From a bacterium (GTDB lineage: Bacteria > UBP7 > UBA6624 > JBBIMK01): a stretch of 32,000 nt of DNA. Below are positions 8,063 through 16,069 of this stretch, in pieces. The notes beneath the pieces are model-generated. The model had not been told where the DNA came from. It ran no database searches and was given only the letters and a program-made list of their open reading frames with translations. The stretch is taken from assembly GCA_037444445.1 (NCBI GenBank), contig JBBIMK010000006.1:30001-62000 (forward strand), written 5' to 3'. A program made the position numbers and the translations under genes. Position 1 is the stretch's first letter. Each line of letters starts with the position of its first letter.

Positions 8063-8794
8063 ATGGATGTGAAAGGAAGTGGTAAGATAGAGATGATGGG
8101 CGACGAGGTAGGACTCCTCCAGAACATCATCCGCACCATTGGAACTTCCCTGACCCTCCCGGAAATGCTGGGGGTGATTGCGAAACTCATCGGGGAGGCG
8201 GTAAAAGGAGATTCCTGCCTCATCTATCTACTGGATTCCAGAGAAAATGAGTTGATTTTGCGAGGTGCAATGAATCCTCATCCGAGGCTCCTGGGGAAGA
8301 TTAAGATGAAATTGGGGGAAGGGATTACCGGATGGGTGGCTCAGCATCGCCAGCCTGTGGCGATTCCAGAAAAAGCCAGCGAGGACCCCCGATTCAAGTA
8401 TTTCCAGGGCTTGCCGGAAGACCGGTATGAAGCCTTTCTTTCCGTTCCCGTCATCCTTCAAAACCAGCTTCTTGGCGTGATAAATGTTCAGCATCGCACT
8501 CCCCACCGATACTCAGTTAGAGAAATCAGCGTCCTGACATCCATAGCCGATCTGGTGGCAGGAGCCATAGAAAAATTGCGACTGCAAGAAGAAGCCGAAA
8601 CGGCAAAGGCAGAATTACGCCAGCGAAAACTCATTGAACGCGCCAAGGGCATCCTGATGAAACGGGACGGCTTTTCCGAAGAGGAAGCCTTTCGCCTCAT
8701 TCAAAGAACCGCTATGAATAAGCGAAAAACAATGGCGGAGGTGGCGGAGGCAATCCTCCTCGCCGAAGAGGTGAGGGGTCAGCCTGAAAAGTAG
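8063..8794 (+). CDS. GAF-ANTAR RNA-binding antitermination regulator
   Basis: The N-terminal GAF-like domain includes LLQNIIRTIGTSLTLPEMLGVIAKLIGEAV ... GEGITGWVAQHRQPVAIPE ... LLGVINVQH. A coiled-coil linker follows. The C-terminal ANTAR domain is RKLIERAKGILMKRDGFSEEEAFRLIQRTAMNKRKTMAEVAEAIL. The true start may be ATG 8093 or 8096, with AGGAAG upstream. Confidence 0.8.
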   Translation: MDVKGSGKIEMMGDEVGLLQNIIRTIGTSLTLPEMLGVIAKLIGEAVKGDSCLIYLLDSRENELILRGAMNPHPRLLGKIKMKLGEGITGWVAQHRQPVAIPEKASEDPRFKYFQGLPEDRYEAFLSVPVILQNQLLGVINVQHRTPHRYSVREISVLTSIADLVAGAIEKLRLQEEAETAKAELRQRKLIERAKGILMKRDGFSEEEAFRLIQRTAMNKRKTMAEVAEAILLAEEVRGQPEK

Positions 8795-8800
8795 GAAGAG

Positions 8801-9388
8801 TTACACGCCCACACTCCAGGGCGCTACAATCTCTACGATTCTATATTTATTTCCATCCACCAGTTGATAGGCGGCGACTTCCACCTCAAAATTTCCCAGC
8901 GTTCCTAAAAGGCTCTTTCTGCCTTTAACACGATGCCACGGCTTTTTTAAAAGAGTTTCATTCACGGAAAGAATCATATAAATCCGGTTAGGAAGCATAT
9001 CTGCCACATCCTCACTGCTGGGACGGACGCTTCTGTGGGTTTTTCCTCTCTGGGCGTGGGAATGAAAATCTCCTAACAGTTGAAGTTCCAGCCCGAAGTG
9101 GGTGGAAAGTTCCCGAACCCGGGCGATTCGGCTTTCAGACACTTCAGTCCAGAGATAGCCCCTGCGAGCCGATTGAAACGGTATCGCATGTTCCACGAGA
9201 ACCAGATAATTCAGGGCATATCCCAGGAGAAAGCCGAGGCACTCTCGTCGGTAAATCTCGGTGGCAGCCAGGGTCATCTCTATAAACGCCGCGGGCTTCA
9301 AAATCACTCGCCGAGGTTTCCATAACGCCGATACTTCCTCCCCATTTCCTCGCTTCACATCCTCTTCCGAGCCGCGTCTTGACCCCAT
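8801..9388 (-). CDS. JAB/MPN (JAMM) family metalloprotease-like protein
   Basis: The upstream Glu lies in IYRRECLGFLLGY. The zinc motif is FHSH-AQRGKTHRSVRP-SSED, that is H-x-H-x12-S-x2-D. The canonical prokaryotic JAB spacing is x7, so this has an apparent 5-residue insertion. YMILSVN follows, as in Mec/CysO-type JAB proteins. Confidence 0.55.
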   Translation of the reverse strand: MGSRRGSEEDVKRGNGEEVSALWKPRRVILKPAAFIEMTLAATEIYRRECLGFLLGYALNYLVLVEHAIPFQSARRGYLWTEVSESRIARVRELSTHFGLELQLLGDFHSHAQRGKTHRSVRPSSEDVADMLPNRIYMILSVNETLLKKPWHRVKGRKSLLGTLGNFEVEVAAYQLVDGNKYRIVEIVAPWSVGV

Positions 9389-9406
9389 CCTGAGAGTGAA
9401 AAATTT

Positions 9407-9808
9407 TTACCCGGGCAATTTCTGAAGAACCCGCTCCAGCCGAGCACGGGCATCATCTGATAGAGGTTTGAGGGCAGAATTCCCGGTGGTTTCCATCATC
9501 GTAAGAGGGTCAGCAATTCCTACCACCGTCCCCCCTTCTTCTTCATACACCACCACATTGCAGGGCAGGAGCAAGCCGATGTCCAATTCCTTCATAAAAG
9601 CCTGATGAGCCAGCGGAGGATTGCAGGCTCCGAGAATCACATACCTTCGGAAGTCCACATTCAACTTCTGTTGGAGAGTATTTTTCACATCAATCTCTGT
9701 CAAAATACCAAACCCTTCCTCCTTTAAGAGAGCAGTAACCCGCTCCTTTGCGGAATCAAATCCGAGGGAAGTGTGCTTCTTGAGCCCGTAAGAAATTTCT
9801 CGCATCAC
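9407..9808 (-). CDS. DUF302 domain protein
   Basis: The sequence EEGFGILTEIDVKNTLQQKLNVDFRRYVILGACNPPLAHQAF ... LLPCNVVVYEE matches my memory of the DUF302 fold signature. Length is 133 aa. The start (GTG 9808 or ATG 9805) overlaps the stop of the upstream gene. Confidence 0.65.
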   Translation of the reverse strand: MMREISYGLKKHTSLGFDSAKERVTALLKEEGFGILTEIDVKNTLQQKLNVDFRRYVILGACNPPLAHQAFMKELDIGLLLPCNVVVYEEEGGTVVGIADPLTMMETTGNSALKPLSDDARARLERVLQKLPG

Positions 9809-10761
9809 AGGCTATCCTCCTCCTTTTTATTTTTTATTTTTTGAATCTCTTTTACGATAACCTGCCAGACTTTTCTCGGATTGTCCGGGGCGATGGAGGA
9901 CATCAGAGCGCAGGCCTCATAGCCCCAGATGGCGATGGAAGAAATGCCAGATTCAGCCGTCAGGGCGATGGCTTCACCCACTTCAGCCTCCCGCCCTGCT
10001 GGGACTTTGAACCCTTGAATCCACAACTGGGAAATTTTGTTATGCCTCAATGCCATCTCATAGATTTTGTGAGCATAGAAGGAAATATAAGCCTGCCAGG
10101 GCTTCCGGGCTACTATCCAGTAGGGGTCCGTGCCAAATATATCCAGTTCCGGAATATGCCCCACCCATTCCCAATCCGATTCATCTCCATTCAGGGCTTC
10201 CGGGAGGAGGCAAATGGCTGTGCGCATCCCCCTTCGTTTCGCACTTTTCATAAGAAAAAGGATGAAATCAAGCAGGGGGGGGACTTCTGCATATTGCCTG
10301 CAATAGGAGCAAAAGCAACCTTTCCGGGGCGTGGAGTAAGACAGGAATGTGGAAGAAAAGAAGCGAGGCTCATCAGCGAAAAAAACTTCGGCACCTGTTT
10401 CGGAAGCGGATTGAAACCATTCCTCCATTTGCTCACGAAAAACAGGGTGGGAAGGACAGGCGGCAGGCAACGCTTCCCCGTTCTCATCCATCTGGCGAAT
10501 CTCCGGGTAACGCAAAGCCCAGTAAGTGAAGGCTTCTCCACCGAAAACCCTCCCAACACCCCAGGGGTCTAACCATGCTTCCAATCCTATTTCTTTCGTC
10601 ATTCCCACAATATCTTTCATCGTGCTACGATAAAAGAGGAGGTCGTTTTCGCTAAAAGTATGGACGACATAGTCAAACCCTCGCCTCCGAATTTCCTTCA
10701 GGTCTTTTCTCACCCAGCGAGGGTTCCGATTCCCGAAATAACTCACGCCCACTTTCATCAT
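9805..10761 (-). CDS. GH42-like TIM-barrel protein, catalytic-domain-sized only, function unknown
   Basis: Motif-level resemblance to GH42 beta-galactosidase catalytic domains is recalled from memory. The shared elements are MKVGVSYF..., RYPEIRQMDENGEALPAACPSHPVFREQ, FFADEP (the acid/base position), the Cys cluster GCFCSYCRQ, and DIFGTDPYW. At 318 aa it lacks the trimerisation and C-terminal domains of GH42. Confidence 0.4.
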   Translation of the reverse strand: MMKVGVSYFGNRNPRWVRKDLKEIRRRGFDYVVHTFSENDLLFYRSTMKDIVGMTKEIGLEAWLDPWGVGRVFGGEAFTYWALRYPEIRQMDENGEALPAACPSHPVFREQMEEWFQSASETGAEVFFADEPRFFSSTFLSYSTPRKGCFCSYCRQYAEVPPLLDFILFLMKSAKRRGMRTAICLLPEALNGDESDWEWVGHIPELDIFGTDPYWIVARKPWQAYISFYAHKIYEMALRHNKISQLWIQGFKVPAGREAEVGEAIALTAESGISSIAIWGYEACALMSSIAPDNPRKVWQVIVKEIQKIKNKKEEDSL

Positions 10762-10879
10762 TACCTGTGAGTATTGTATTACAACTCTGTCAGGGTAGTA
10801 TAGATATAACGATGAATTTTAGTCGTAGAAGTTAGAATACGCTCCTCCGAATAATCCAGCCACTTCCTGAGGTTCATTT

Positions 10880-11842
10880 CTACTCACCGCATGACACAAA
10901 ATTTCGCCATTGCTGGACGATAGTATTCACGGCGGAATGTCGGCTTGCCTCATCCTCAACGACGAGGGGAGTAAATTGAAATTGCTTCAACCAGGTGAAT
11001 TGCTTTTTGGCAAAATGACGCGTGTTCGTTTTGACACGCTCTTTCGCTTCCACCAGCGAAATTTTCCCTTCCAGATAATCTATTACTTCCCGATAGCCCG
11101 GGCTGTGAAAAGCCAGTGGATAAGGTGGAGGATAGCGTGCAATGAGCCCTTTCACTTCTTCCACAAGCCCCATTGCAAACATTTCTTCCACTCGTCGGTG
11201 AATCCTTTCATAGACCATCGCACGAGAGGTCAACAAGCCAAAGGAAAGGAACCGAGGATACACAGGTGAAGGCGTTTGTTTGGAGGTTTGCAGGTCTGCC
11301 ATTTCGCTGATTTCAAGGGCGCGGAGTAAACGGGGTATGTCATTGGGAGAAAGTTGTTGTGCTCGCTGTAAATTACGGGCTTGCAACTGACGGTGAAGCC
11401 AGCCTGCAGATGCCTCCTCCTGCTCCAGCCAGGATTGGCGAAGTTCTTGTGAAGGGGGAACCCCCCCCAGGTGGTAATCGTTCAGAAGGGTTTTGAGATA
11501 GAGAAAAGAGCCACCCACAATAACGGGAATCCTCCCTTTTTCACAGATTTGCTTTATAGCGGACAGGGCATTATCTTTGAAAATTGCCACATTGAAAGGC
11601 TCATCCGGGTCCAGGATGTCAATGAGATGGTGTGAGATTTTCTGCCGTATTTTAAGGGAGGGCTTTGCGGTGCCAATGTCCATACCCCTGTAAACCTGAC
11701 GGGAATCGGCGGAGATAATTTCACCGTTCAGGGTTTCAGCCACCTGGCAAGCCACCTCAGTTTTTCCCACTGCGGTGGGTCCAAAAATGACGATGGCACG
11801 AGGAGGAAGAATTTTATTTTTGTTGCTTTCCTGAACAGGCAA
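10880..11842 (-). CDS. miaA: tRNA dimethylallyltransferase
   Basis: It has the P-loop IVIFGPTAVGKTE, then ISADSRQVYRGMDIGTAKP and VGGSFLYLKTLL. The start is TTG and the gene is 320 aa. It sits 9 nt downstream of miaB. Confidence 0.9.
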   Translation of the reverse strand: MPVQESNKNKILPPRAIVIFGPTAVGKTEVACQVAETLNGEIISADSRQVYRGMDIGTAKPSLKIRQKISHHLIDILDPDEPFNVAIFKDNALSAIKQICEKGRIPVIVGGSFLYLKTLLNDYHLGGVPPSQELRQSWLEQEEASAGWLHRQLQARNLQRAQQLSPNDIPRLLRALEISEMADLQTSKQTPSPVYPRFLSFGLLTSRAMVYERIHRRVEEMFAMGLVEEVKGLIARYPPPYPLAFHSPGYREVIDYLEGKISLVEAKERVKTNTRHFAKKQFTWLKQFQFTPLVVEDEASRHSAVNTIVQQWRNFVSCGE

Positions 11843-11851
11843 AGGAGAGGT

Positions 11852-13168
11852 TTAGGAAACTACAGGCTTTTGAATTTCACCTGTGAGGGTCCAGCAGCCT
11901 GCCTTGAGGATATGGACTGGCAAGACTTGCCCGATGAGGGATTCGTCGCCCTGGAAGTGAACCATGCGGTAATCTCTCAATCTGCCGTAAAGCGTCCTAT
12001 CCTGCTTCCCTTCCACCAGCACTTCTCCGATTTTTCCCACCCAGGCTTGATTCCGTTGATAAACGATTTCCTTCACCCGGCTGAAAAGGCGAGAGAAGCG
12101 TTGTTGCTTCACTGTCTTAGGAACCGGGTCGCCCCATTTTAAGGCAGACAGGGTTCGCTCACGGGGGGAGTACTCAAAGCAGAAAGCAGAATCAAATTGA
12201 ATCTTCTCCACCACTTTCAGAGTTTCCTCAAAATCTTCCTCGGTTTCACCGGGGAAGCCCACAATGATGTCTGTGGAGAGGCCTGCGTTCGGAATTTCTT
12301 CCCGGATGAGGGCCACCTTTTCCTCATATTCTTCAATGGTTATACCACGACGCATAAGTTGGAGAATCCGATTAGAGCCCGCTTGAAAAGGAATGTGAAA
12401 ATACTCCATGACGCGAGGCAGTTCCTTCACCGCCCGGACGAACTCCCGGCTCACATCCCCGGGATGAGAAGTGATGAAACGGATGCGGGCAATTTCAGGG
12501 CATTCCTCGTGAACCAGATGGAGGAGACTTTGCAAGTCAGTGGGTGGGGATAGGTCTTTCCCGTAACTTAGAATGCTCTGCCCCAGAAGGAGGATTTCTT
12601 TTACACCCGTAGCCATAAGGTTCTTCGCCTGCGATAGCACCTCTTCCGGGGGAGTGCTTTTTTCCCTTCCACGCACATAAGGAACGATACAGAAGGAGCA
12701 GGTATGATTGCATCCGCGAATCACAGAAATCATACCGGTAACGGGAATATGACCATTTCTCCGTCCTGTCGTCAGAGTATCACCTAAATGAGGCAGTAGT
12801 TCCAGGTCTTCTGGCGGTAGAAGGCGCAGAACCTCCTGTTTCATTTGCTCTACATCTTTGCCCGGGATAATCGCATCCAGGAAGGAAAAACGCTTGTGGA
12901 GATGCTGAGGCGCCCTGGCGGCTAAACATCCCATCAACACCAGTTTTCGCTTCTCATCTCCTTGCTTCCAGCCTTTGAGTTCACCCAGAAAAGAATAGGC
13001 TTTGAGTTCTGCTTTTCTTCGGACCACGCAGGTGTTCACCAGCACCAGGTCCGCTTGTAAATAATCCCGCACTTCCACCATACCTTTAGAAGTCAAAAGT
13101 TTTCGGATTTCCTCCGAATCCGCCTCGTTCATCTGACAGCCGTAGGTTTGAAGATAGAAAGTTCTCAT
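11852..13168 (-). CDS. miaB: tRNA-i6A37 methylthiotransferase (radical SAM, MiaB type)
   Basis: The N-terminal domain is FYLQTYGCQMNEADSE. The radical-SAM cluster is GCNHTCSFCIVPYVRGRE. A C-terminal TRAM-like domain is present. The ATG overlaps the stop of the upstream gene (ATGA at 13165-13168). Confidence 0.85.
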   Translation of the reverse strand: MRTFYLQTYGCQMNEADSEEIRKLLTSKGMVEVRDYLQADLVLVNTCVVRRKAELKAYSFLGELKGWKQGDEKRKLVLMGCLAARAPQHLHKRFSFLDAIIPGKDVEQMKQEVLRLLPPEDLELLPHLGDTLTTGRRNGHIPVTGMISVIRGCNHTCSFCIVPYVRGREKSTPPEEVLSQAKNLMATGVKEILLLGQSILSYGKDLSPPTDLQSLLHLVHEECPEIARIRFITSHPGDVSREFVRAVKELPRVMEYFHIPFQAGSNRILQLMRRGITIEEYEEKVALIREEIPNAGLSTDIIVGFPGETEEDFEETLKVVEKIQFDSAFCFEYSPRERTLSALKWGDPVPKTVKQQRFSRLFSRVKEIVYQRNQAWVGKIGEVLVEGKQDRTLYGRLRDYRMVHFQGDESLIGQVLPVHILKAGCWTLTGEIQKPVVS

Positions 13169-14850
13169 TTTGTAGCAGGAGGTTGATTCTTCTCGGATTT
13201 AGTTTCTGATAGATTTTTTCGTTGATTTTCAGATTCCTTTTCAGCGGATTTCCTCCGTGCGGCTACCAGTTCCTGCTGTTCTTTCTGTATGGCTTCCCTC
13301 TTGATTTTGATTTGCTCCACCAGGTCAGATTGACCTAAAAACTCCAGTTGACGCTGAATATTCATCAGCAGCATACTATCTTTCCCAGCATTGTCAGCCG
13401 CTTTTTTATAAGCCTCCACAGCTTTCTCTTTCTGTCCTGCGAAGGTATATGCTCTACCAAGACTGAGATATATCCAGGCATCCGGCTCCAGTGCTTCCTC
13501 ACTTTTTTCAGCGGCCTTTTCATAGTTCTCAAGCATCTTTTTCAGGTTTTCCTGGGCTTCTGGTTTCGTGCGGTCGGAAGACTGCATATAGAGTTTTTCA
13601 TAAGCATCACCGAGAAAAAAGTAGACATCAGGAGAATCCGGGCGTTTTTCAGCCATGTTCTGGAGGGTACGGATGGCATCGTTCAGGCGATTTTGGCTCA
13701 TCATCTGGTTATAAAGGTAGTAATCGTCATAAATCCGAACCGGGTACTGGGTGCGGAGTTCCTGCACTTTTTCTTGCAGTTTCATTTCCGGGCTCACGCG
13801 GAAGAGAATCTGTCGGAGATGCACTTCTTCATATTCCTGCTGGATTTCCAGGTCAGACACCTGGGGTGGGGAAGTGTCCCCACGGGCCTGAGCAGATTGT
13901 TGTTTTCGTGTCAGGATTTCCTGCTTAATCTTCAACCTCTGCTTCTCAAAGTCAGGGCCCTTTGCCTCTTTTCTACCCAGAATTTCCACGATATGATAGC
14001 CTTCTCTACCGGATTGAATGAGTTTTCGCGTTCCTACAGGTGAGGAGAAAGCGAACTCTGCCACCTCGGGTGGGAGAGCGTTGCGTTTTTTCCACCCCAT
14101 ATCTCCGCCGTTATTTTTTGAACTGAAGTCGTCAGAATTTTCCTTTGCCAGGGTAGCAAAATCCTCTCCTTTCTGAAGTTTCCCCAGAATCTCTTCCGCT
14201 TTCTTTTTTGCCTCCTGGAGCTGCTGGGTGCGAATTTCCTCCAGCAGACGAGCCTGCATCTTATCCGACAGAATCAAGGCCTCGCGAGATTCCAGATACT
14301 TCGGATAGGAACCATATTCCGCCCGAACCCAGGTCATAAAAAGTTCCTGAGATTCATCTTTTTTGAACCAGCGTTTAATCAGGCTCACGAGGGTAATTTT
14401 TTCTTCCTCTTCCCCCGTGATAGAGACTGGCAAAGTTTGCGCTGATTTATCCTGCCGGATGACTTCCTCCATTTCCTTCCTGTCCACTTTTATACCCTTT
14501 TTCTTCGCCTCCGTAGAGAGGATGTAAGTATCCACGGCATCATCAATCACCCCCTTCCGCACGGCAAGTTTCTGCACGGGGCTCGCCTTGGCAAACGGTA
14601 ACACCTGCCTCCACCGATACATTCTATCTTGATAGAGCCGCCTGAAGGTCAGTGTGTCCATAGAGTACGCCTTACCAATCTGGATGACCTTATCCTTCTC
14701 TTCAGGGATTGCGCCTCTTCCCCCCAGACTATACGAGCCCAGCCCGTAGAACACCGTTATCAAAAACATTACGGAAAATACCAGCATAAAGGTCCTCCCA
14801 TACCGCCGGATGAATTCCACCGTTCGGAGTCCTTTCTTCCGCTTTGCCAT
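13165..14850 (-). CDS. membrane-anchored parvulin-type peptidyl-prolyl isomerase/chaperone (PpiD/SurA-like) with a C-terminal TPR-like region and a charged tail
   Basis: The N-terminal anchor is TFMLVFSVMFLITVFYGLG. The parvulin signature is FATLAKENSDDFSSKNNGGDMGWKKRNALPPEVAEFAF ... GYHIVEI. TPR-like helices follow (YFFLGDAYEKL, LSLGRAYTFAGQKEKAVEAYKKA). Confidence 0.75.
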   Translation of the reverse strand: MAKRKKGLRTVEFIRRYGRTFMLVFSVMFLITVFYGLGSYSLGGRGAIPEEKDKVIQIGKAYSMDTLTFRRLYQDRMYRWRQVLPFAKASPVQKLAVRKGVIDDAVDTYILSTEAKKKGIKVDRKEMEEVIRQDKSAQTLPVSITGEEEEKITLVSLIKRWFKKDESQELFMTWVRAEYGSYPKYLESREALILSDKMQARLLEEIRTQQLQEAKKKAEEILGKLQKGEDFATLAKENSDDFSSKNNGGDMGWKKRNALPPEVAEFAFSSPVGTRKLIQSGREGYHIVEILGRKEAKGPDFEKQRLKIKQEILTRKQQSAQARGDTSPPQVSDLEIQQEYEEVHLRQILFRVSPEMKLQEKVQELRTQYPVRIYDDYYLYNQMMSQNRLNDAIRTLQNMAEKRPDSPDVYFFLGDAYEKLYMQSSDRTKPEAQENLKKMLENYEKAAEKSEEALEPDAWIYLSLGRAYTFAGQKEKAVEAYKKAADNAGKDSMLLMNIQRQLEFLGQSDLVEQIKIKREAIQKEQQELVAARRKSAEKESENQRKNLSETKSEKNQPPATK

Positions 14851-15017
14851 ATTCTCACTGTTCCCTGTTTAACTTCGTGCGCATCTTTATTTTATCACAA
14901 AGTCCAGCCCTCTGCCCTGCAGTTGCCAGACTCCAGTGGCCAGAATCTTTTCCCCTGTCTATTGCCTGCCAGGAGGCTGCCCGGAAACCCTTTTGTATAG
15001 CAAAAAGGATGAAATTG

Positions 15018-15026
15018 TGGTATAAT
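15018..15026 (+). promoter_or_regulatory. extended -10 promoter element TGgTATAAT
   Basis: TG is at 15018-15019 and TATAAT at 15021-15026. There is no good -35, which extended -10 promoters tolerate. The first possible start of the downstream ORF (TTG 15035) is only 8 nt past the hexamer. Confidence 0.45.
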
Positions 15027-15034
15027 ATAATAGG

Positions 15035-15370
15035 TTGGAAAGGGAAAGAGTAAAGGGTAAATCGCCTGAAAAAAAGGGGGGTCTACCGAAGTCTCTTTCC
15101 CCTTTTTTCCCTGAATATCGTTTTTCTGACCTGCGCCTGCGGGCTGATAAAGATTTAATCATCTGCCGGACGCTGGAATATGGCTCACAGCGTGAATTGA
15201 AATGGCTTTTTGACGCTTATGGAGAGATGCAAATCAAGGAAGTGGTGCGTCGACGAGGCTACCGCTCCTTATCTCTCCGGTCTTTCCAATACTGGCGTGA
15301 AGTACTGGGTATTCATCCATTTCGTAAGCCCCCCTGGCTGAAGGACAAATCGGTCTTCTGGCGGTATTAA
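15035..15370 (+). CDS. small conserved partner protein of AbiEii-type nucleotidyltransferases (putative antitoxin-like; I recall this family as DUF6922-type)
   Basis: The sequence is FFPEYRFSDLRLRADKDLIICRTLEYGSQRELKWLFDAYGEMQIKEVVRRRGYRSLSLRSFQYWREVLGI. It matches a short family I remember sitting immediately upstream of this nucleotidyltransferase class. I saw no obvious HTH. The start codon is uncertain: TTG 15035 is the only in-frame start upstream of the conserved block. Confidence 0.5.
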   Translation: MERERVKGKSPEKKGGLPKSLSPFFPEYRFSDLRLRADKDLIICRTLEYGSQRELKWLFDAYGEMQIKEVVRRRGYRSLSLRSFQYWREVLGIHPFRKPPWLKDKSVFWRY

Positions 15371-15391
15371 CCGGGTGAAACTTTTCCGTGG

Positions 15392-16066
15392 ATGAGCCGG
15401 GAAAAGGAATTTTATCCCGAGGTTTTGCCTCGTGCTTCCCGTCAACTTCTCCCGATTTTCCCCGTTTTCAGCTTCCTGAAGAATTTCTATCTTTCCGGTG
15501 GCACAGGGCTTGCCCTGCAGATTGCACATCGGATTTCCCGCGACTTTGACTTTTTCACCCCTCAACCGGTTTTGAACACCCGTAGTCGGGAGAGGATACT
15601 GGAGGCTTTTCAGCCGCATTTTCCAGTGCAGATTCTCCTCTCGCAGGAAGGCTCTCTGAGCCTTCTGGTGAAGCAAGTGCGGGTGAGTTTTTTTTATTAC
15701 CCTTTCCTCTGTGTTGAAGAACCGGTCTGCTTTCAGGGGTTAAAAATTGCGTCGGTGAAAGATATCGCTCTGGACAAGTTATCGGCAATTATCGGGCGAG
15801 GCTCTAAACGAGACTTTCTGGATGTGTACTGGTGTCTTCAAGTTTCGCCCCACCCCTTGACCCTCCCTGAGTTACTGGAATCAGCCCGTCAGAAGTTCCG
15901 TGTAGTTCGGGATTTTCAGATGCAAGCCCTCCGGGCTCTGGTATATTTCAAGGATGCGGAGGGCGAGCCTATGCCCCGTCTGCTCCGCTCCGTCCGATGG
16001 AACACAGTGAAGGATTATTTCCGCCATCAGGTCTCCACCCTCTCCCGGATATATCTGAAATCTTGA
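15392..16066 (+). CDS. nucleotidyltransferase of the AbiEii/AbiGii (DUF1814) toxin family
   Basis: The N-terminal nucleotidyltransferase motif is FYLSGGTGLALQIAHRISRDFDFFT. The later motif is VKDIALDKLSAIIGRGSKRDFLDVYWCL. Length is 224 aa, and the gene sits 21 nt after the small partner gene. Confidence 0.6.
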   Translation: MSREKEFYPEVLPRASRQLLPIFPVFSFLKNFYLSGGTGLALQIAHRISRDFDFFTPQPVLNTRSRERILEAFQPHFPVQILLSQEGSLSLLVKQVRVSFFYYPFLCVEEPVCFQGLKIASVKDIALDKLSAIIGRGSKRDFLDVYWCLQVSPHPLTLPELLESARQKFRVVRDFQMQALRALVYFKDAEGEPMPRLLRSVRWNTVKDYFRHQVSTLSRIYLKS

Positions 16067-16069
16067 AAG

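Noticed and set aside
9841-10572. A 243-aa plus-strand ORF opposite the GH42-like gene.
   Set aside because: It is Arg/Pro/Gly-rich and low in complexity, with no recognisable motif. The minus-strand frame has GH42-like landmarks and is start-stop coupled to the DUF302 gene.
13348-14043. 231-aa and 145-aa plus-strand ORFs inside the ppiD-like gene.
   Set aside because: They lie antisense to a gene with a clear parvulin signature. The translated sequences are Phe/Leu/His-rich and show no domain features.
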